A model generated the notes under the pieces. The model was given only the letters and a program-made list of their open reading frames with translations, searched no databases and had not been told where the DNA came from. A stretch of DNA of 64,000 nt from Thermodesulfobacteriota bacterium (GTDB taxonomy: Bacteria > Desulfobacterota_D > UBA1144 > Nemesobacterales > JAJCZQ01). A program made the translations under genes and the position numbers. The first letter of the stretch is position 1. Every line of letters starts with the position of its first letter. Below are positions 59,285 through 64,000 of this stretch, piece by piece. Location of the stretch: assembly GCA_965215275.1 (NCBI GenBank), contig OZ244044.1, positions 960,001 through 1,024,000 of the forward strand, in the 5' to 3' direction.

Positions 59285-60349
59285 GTGATAAAAATGGCTA
59301 AAGATATTAAGTTTGGACTTTCCGCTCCTATGCCTGGTGCTGACGTTAAAGGACTGATCGAATTTTCCGTTAAGGCTGATCAACTGGGTTTTGACACCAT
59401 ATGGTATCCCGATCATCTATTATTTGTAGCACCCAACGCAATCGCACCGGAGGCATGGACGGTCGCAGCGGCAGCGGCAACGCAGACCAGTAATATTAAC
59501 CTGGGGACCGTCTCCGACCCTCACAGAATGCATCCCGCCGTTTTTGCTCAGAGACTCGCCACGGTGGACCAGCTTTCAAAGGGAAGAACGGTTTTGACCC
59601 TGGGCGTGGGTGAATCAATGAACCTTGACGCCTTTGGAATTGAATGGAACAAACCTCTGGCAAAGCTCAGAGAATCAATGGAGGTCATGGAAATACTCTG
59701 GGAAACTGACGAACCAACCGATTTTAAAGGGCAGTTCTATAATCTTGAAAGTGCATTTTTGCAGATAAAACCCTATGAAAGGACAAGCATACCGTTTTAT
59801 ATCGCCACTCATACGCCAAAGGGACTTAAACTGACTGGAGAAAAAGGCAACGGATGGCTTCCGATCGACCTTAATCCCGACCTTTACTCAAAATACTATG
59901 CAGATATAAGGTCCGCCGCTGAAGGTGCTGGACGCTCCCTGGATGATTTTGATCCTGCCCTCTGGGTGTTCACGTCCCTTGGAAACAGCGTTGATGAAGC
60001 ATACAAGACACTTGAACCGTTCAAATACGTGCTCGTGATGCAGGACCAGCTTCTTAAAGCCGGATACGACGTTGAAATACCAGAAGAATATCATGGGCTT
60101 AACTACTTCAATATCGTACCAACTGATGAAAAAGGAAGACAGAACTTCAGAGAGCTGGGACAGCTGTTCCCAAGAGAGGCAATTCTGGACTTCACGATCA
60201 CCGGGGCCAAGAAAGACTGCATTGAAAAGATCGAGAAGTTTATTGACGCAGGAGTCAGGAACTTTGTGCTCTTTTATCGCTTCAGTCCCGATCCAGATCT
60301 GGCGCTTGAGACTTATGCAAAAGAGATCATACCTTATTTTAAGGGTTGA
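59285..60349 (+). CDS. LLM class flavin/F420-dependent oxidoreductase
   Basis: GFDTIWYPDH, HPAVFAQRLATVDQLSKGR..L.LGVGE..N, GNGW. Confidence 0.9.
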   Translation: MIKMAKDIKFGLSAPMPGADVKGLIEFSVKADQLGFDTIWYPDHLLFVAPNAIAPEAWTVAAAAATQTSNINLGTVSDPHRMHPAVFAQRLATVDQLSKGRTVLTLGVGESMNLDAFGIEWNKPLAKLRESMEVMEILWETDEPTDFKGQFYNLESAFLQIKPYERTSIPFYIATHTPKGLKLTGEKGNGWLPIDLNPDLYSKYYADIRSAAEGAGRSLDDFDPALWVFTSLGNSVDEAYKTLEPFKYVLVMQDQLLKAGYDVEIPEEYHGLNYFNIVPTDEKGRQNFRELGQLFPREAILDFTITGAKKDCIEKIEKFIDAGVRNFVLFYRFSPDPDLALETYAKEIIPYFKG

Positions 60350-61938
60350 TCCTTAACAAACTCAACTCTGTTGAAATAGATAAGGTCCAGTGGGTCGGGT
60401 TCCAGACCACGGATAAAAGGTTTGATCATGTTCTGCTGAACGTGATTAACGTATGGCACTACAGGAACGTCCTTTTCAAGCAGTATTTTCTGTGCCTGGT
60501 CATATATATCCTTTCTTATCTCTTGCTTCTGTTCTGCCGCGGCTCTTTCCACAAGACGGTCGTACTCCGGGTTGCACCAGCCAGTATGATTATTACCGCT
60601 TTTACACTTAAAGAGGTTCATAAAGTTGTGAGGGTCAGGAAAGTCTGCTCCCCAACCACCGCGGGATATTTCAGGGGGATCGATCTGCCGGGTCTTCAGG
60701 TACACTTTCCATTCCTGATTAACGAGCTTTACCTTGACTCCGAGATGTTTTTTCCACATGCTCTGCAAAGCCTCGGCCACGATCCTGTTATTACCAATAT
60801 CCGGATATAAGAACGACACCTTCGGAAAATTAACTCCACCCGGATAACCGGCATCTGCAAGCAGTTTCCTGGCATTAACGGGATCAAAGCCAATACCTAT
60901 ATCAGGATTATGAGCAAGCATGTTCCTAGGTATCCATGAAGTCGCTGCCACTCCGGCTCCCTGTATCAACCTGACGATGCTGTCCCTGTCAATAACGCTG
61001 CCAAAGGCTTTTCTAACGACAGGATCATCAAAAGGAGGTTTACTCACGTTAAATGCCACGTAGCTTCCCCTGAACGCCTCTTTACTTACAAACTCCTTCG
61101 ATCTGCGCAGCCTCGGGACCTCCAGCACGGGCAAGCCCTTACTGTCCAGAAAGTCCAGTTCACCACTTTCGTAAAGTGCAAGCGTGGAAGTGGGGTTTTC
61201 GTTCATGATCATCCTTACCTTTTTTACACTTCCTGGCTTATTTCCCCAGTATTTTTCATTTTCTCTAAGGACTATGAAGTTGTGATGTTTCCATTCTGCA
61301 AGATCGTAAGCACCCAGTGTCACTATATTTTCCGGTTCGGTCCAGTTTATCCCGTGACTTTCCACTATGTCTTGCCTCATGGGAAAAGTGGACATGAAAG
61401 TAACAAGACTTATGAAGTAGCTGGCAGGACGTTCCAACTTAACCTGTAAGGTCCGATCATTGACTGCCTTCACCCCTACTTTACGAAAATCACTGATCTT
61501 TCCCGCGTTGTATTTTTCGGCGTTTTTAATATCAAATAAAAAATACGCGTAATCTCCCCCGGTTGACGGATCCAGTATCCTGCTCCATGAATAAACAAAA
61601 TCCTGTGCTTTAAGAGGCTTTCCGTCCGACCACAGAACGTTCTCACGGATATTAAAAGTGTACGTCATGCCGTCTTTACTTATATTCCAGCTTGCCGCCA
61701 GTGCCGGTTCAGGTTTATAATCCGCATTAAATCTGGTAAGCCCGTCCATAATGTTATTAAGAATGGTGTAAGAGGTACTGTCGGTGGCAAGGGACCAGTC
61801 AAGAGAGAAAGGTTCAGTTCCTATATTGATATTTAACGTGTCCTTTACTTTTATGCTTTTGTCCTTATTATCAGTGCCCTGGCAGGAATAATAAAAGACG
61901 GTGATTAAAATAAGGAGCAGACAGAAACATCTTTTCAT
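60334..61938 (-). CDS. oppA: Oligopeptide ABC transporter substrate-binding lipoprotein (family 5)
   Basis: Lipobox Cys, EP.SLD, PALA.SW.IS.DG.TYTF.IR....WSDG, PFDDP.VRKA, GW.ADFPDP. Confidence 0.88.
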   Translation of the reverse strand: MKRCFCLLLILITVFYYSCQGTDNKDKSIKVKDTLNINIGTEPFSLDWSLATDSTSYTILNNIMDGLTRFNADYKPEPALAASWNISKDGMTYTFNIRENVLWSDGKPLKAQDFVYSWSRILDPSTGGDYAYFLFDIKNAEKYNAGKISDFRKVGVKAVNDRTLQVKLERPASYFISLVTFMSTFPMRQDIVESHGINWTEPENIVTLGAYDLAEWKHHNFIVLRENEKYWGNKPGSVKKVRMIMNENPTSTLALYESGELDFLDSKGLPVLEVPRLRRSKEFVSKEAFRGSYVAFNVSKPPFDDPVVRKAFGSVIDRDSIVRLIQGAGVAATSWIPRNMLAHNPDIGIGFDPVNARKLLADAGYPGGVNFPKVSFLYPDIGNNRIVAEALQSMWKKHLGVKVKLVNQEWKVYLKTRQIDPPEISRGGWGADFPDPHNFMNLFKCKSGNNHTGWCNPEYDRLVERAAAEQKQEIRKDIYDQAQKILLEKDVPVVPYVNHVQQNMIKPFIRGLEPDPLDLIYFNRVEFVKDQPLK

Positions 61939-62119
61939 AACGGCATAAGGATAATGAGGACTGATGTAACATCAATAGAAAAGCTGAACTTATTACACTT
62001 TGCCTTGACTACACTGAATATGTTCCTTTAAATATACTTTAACATCTTAAAATACTGAACGAGCAGTCCAAACTGCCACAAAATATATACAAGGAAAAAC
62101 AGAGGAATAAATATAATTA

Positions 62120-63052
62120 ATGTCTAATCTAATATCCTGTAAAGACCTGTCAAGCAGTGCGGGAGAACATCTGTTCGGAACCGCCCCCAGGACCTATCAC
62201 TGGTTCTTGCTGGAATACCCTTACCACTGGGAAAAAGATATTCTGAACAACATCAAGGTCCCACAAAATGTAAAAGACGAACTGAACCGCCTGCTCGGAT
62301 CATTTCCGCGGTCCCGACTTCAGCTGATCAAGAAGAACGGACCTCAGAGTTCCAAAATATGTTTCTACTATGTAAATTCCGCTGAGTTTGATCCCAAGGT
62401 GTACAAGTTCACATTAGACAGCTTTGAGGATATAATTCCCTTAAACCTGACCGACCTGATAGAAAACAAAGATATAAAGAACTCGGAAACGGATGAAAAG
62501 CTGGCCTTGATCTGTACTCACGGAACATACGACAGATGCTGCGGTACCTATGGGGTGCCGGTATATAATGAAATATCCTGCAGCGAACATTTAAACGTGT
62601 GGCAAACAACTCACGTCGGGGCACACAGGTTTTCAGCTAATCTTGTAATGCTTCCCGAGGGGATCTACTACGGCAGGGTCGATCCCGGCAACGTAGAAAA
62701 TATCACAAGAGCACATATCAACGGCGAGATATACCTGGACTGCTTCAGAGGAAGATGCTGCTACGGTCAGATCTCTCAGGTCTCTGATTACTTTCTCAGA
62801 AAAGAAATAAAGAAATACAGTATTTACGACCTGGAATGGGAGTTTGAAAAAGACATGGACGCTTACACGGCAACTGAATTCAAACTGCGGGACGAAGACA
62901 TTGGATACAGCGTTAACTCGGTCGTGCTGAATAACGCGATCGTTATAAAGCCAAGCTGCAGCAGCGATAAAACCGAAGCTGTTCCACAGTTTTACTTCTA
63001 CAGCCTTATACCTTATACGCCCAGGAAGGAACAGGAAGACAAAAACGGCTAA
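62120..63052 (+). CDS. Sucrase/ferredoxin-like family protein
   Basis: GTAP...WFLLE.P..W, ICTHG..DRCC, HVGAHRFSAN...LPEG.YYGR. Confidence 0.85.
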   Translation: MSNLISCKDLSSSAGEHLFGTAPRTYHWFLLEYPYHWEKDILNNIKVPQNVKDELNRLLGSFPRSRLQLIKKNGPQSSKICFYYVNSAEFDPKVYKFTLDSFEDIIPLNLTDLIENKDIKNSETDEKLALICTHGTYDRCCGTYGVPVYNEISCSEHLNVWQTTHVGAHRFSANLVMLPEGIYYGRVDPGNVENITRAHINGEIYLDCFRGRCCYGQISQVSDYFLRKEIKKYSIYDLEWEFEKDMDAYTATEFKLRDEDIGYSVNSVVLNNAIVIKPSCSSDKTEAVPQFYFYSLIPYTPRKEQEDKNG

Positions 63053-63978
63053 TAACCGGTCTGCTCAATTATACTTCTTGATATTTTCTCTGATTTTGCA
63101 TCATCGGATATAAGCGTGTCGGTTACAAACGAACCGACCCCGAGCCCGCGGATATCCTCTTCCTCCATCTCATCAGAGGTATCTATGACCATCAGGTCCA
63201 GAAAATCCTTATACAGATTTGCTATCTCATAAGAAGAAACTTCAAGCCCAAGCCCTTTCATCAATCTGTCTGCCGGACCCTTGACCGGCTTACCTCCGAT
63301 CAATGGACTGATCGCGACCACCTGTGCATCACATTCCACCAGGGCCTGACGTATACCTTTTACTTTCAGTATAGGACCAATGCTTATTATCGGATTGCTG
63401 GGACATATAACGATCAACCTGGAGTTCTCGATCGCTTCTATCACACCCTCGCACGGACCTGCCTCTGAAATACCTTTAATATCTATTCCCAAGACTTCGG
63501 GCTTCATCCTGTGCTTTATGTAGTATTCCTGAAAGTGCAGTTCCCCAATATCCGTTTCTATCCACGTTTCAACCGCGTCTTCGGTCATCGGCAACAGGGT
63601 AACTGTCTCCAGACCGAAAGCCTCTGCGGTCCTTGCCGTAACCTGACGCAGGGAATAACCACGGCAGAAAAGGTCTTTTTTAAATATCTGTACGGCAATA
63701 TCCTTATCGCCAAGCCGAAACCAGGTTTCAAATCCCAGTTCCGTCAGGGATTTCATACAACTGAAACTGTCATCCCTGATCCCCCAACCCTTTTCCTTGT
63801 CAACCTGGTCTGAAAGTCTGTATATGATCGTGTCAATATCGGGTGAGACCCTGTAACCGTAAACGTCTATATCATCACCGGTGTTGATCACCACGGTAAG
63901 GTCCTCTCCGGAGATAATATTGTAAAGCCCCTTTAAGAATTTCGATGCCCCCACTCCTCCACCTAAAGCAGTGATCAT
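63049..63978 (-). CDS. cofD: 2-phospho-L-lactate transferase (F420 biosynthesis)
   Basis: GGGVGASKFL, NTGDD, SPDIDT, WFRLGD.D, HFQEY, PSNP..SIGPIL, KGPA. Confidence 0.93.
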   Translation of the reverse strand: MITALGGGVGASKFLKGLYNIISGEDLTVVINTGDDIDVYGYRVSPDIDTIIYRLSDQVDKEKGWGIRDDSFSCMKSLTELGFETWFRLGDKDIAVQIFKKDLFCRGYSLRQVTARTAEAFGLETVTLLPMTEDAVETWIETDIGELHFQEYYIKHRMKPEVLGIDIKGISEAGPCEGVIEAIENSRLIVICPSNPIISIGPILKVKGIRQALVECDAQVVAISPLIGGKPVKGPADRLMKGLGLEVSSYEIANLYKDFLDLMVIDTSDEMEEEDIRGLGVGSFVTDTLISDDAKSEKISRSIIEQTGY

Positions 63979-64000
63979 TATTTTCCTTCCGGCAATTGGA

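Overview
Bacterial chromosomal window. Housekeeping blocks of moderate GC (hemW, uvrA, uppP, rsmI, rpsB-tsf-pyrH-frr, serS, bamD, dksA, prmA, mtnA, btuB with a cobalamin riboswitch, oppA, cofD) alternate with AT-rich accessory blocks. The gene style (TPR expansion, many RM systems, F420/LLM genes) suggests a host-associated or marine deltaproteobacterium-like lineage such as Ca. Dadabacteria; this is an unverified inference. Accessory blocks: (1) 1-11.0 kb defence island with Mza-like Z1/DUF4420/AIPR genes, a BsaWI-family RM pair and an FRG-TPR protein; (2) 22.4-26.5 kb MboII-like C-M2-M1-R operon plus mrr beside tRNA-Ser(TGA); (3) 41.2-47.8 kb island; (4) a catalytically dead subtilase with Ig-like repeats; (5) IS relics at 53.8 and 58.2-59.1 kb. 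The main observation is in block 3. An intact 3,162-bp IS1595-family element (perfect 25-bp TIRs, 8-bp TSD) carries a complete type II RM system and has inserted into another MTase-nuclease gene that has a frameshifting poly-C tract. The cargo follows a 31-bp promoter placed right after the transposase stop. The same transposase-tip + promoter module (28/31 identical) recurs at 59 kb in front of an unrelated gene, and solo TIR-like copies border other accessory genes. This suggests an IS1595-based cargo-expression platform. The cargo nuclease appears to lack a canonical start codon. Next to it is an array of HicA/HicB-like genes separated by a conserved ~40-bp element. All family assignments come from motif recognition and recall; no searches were run.
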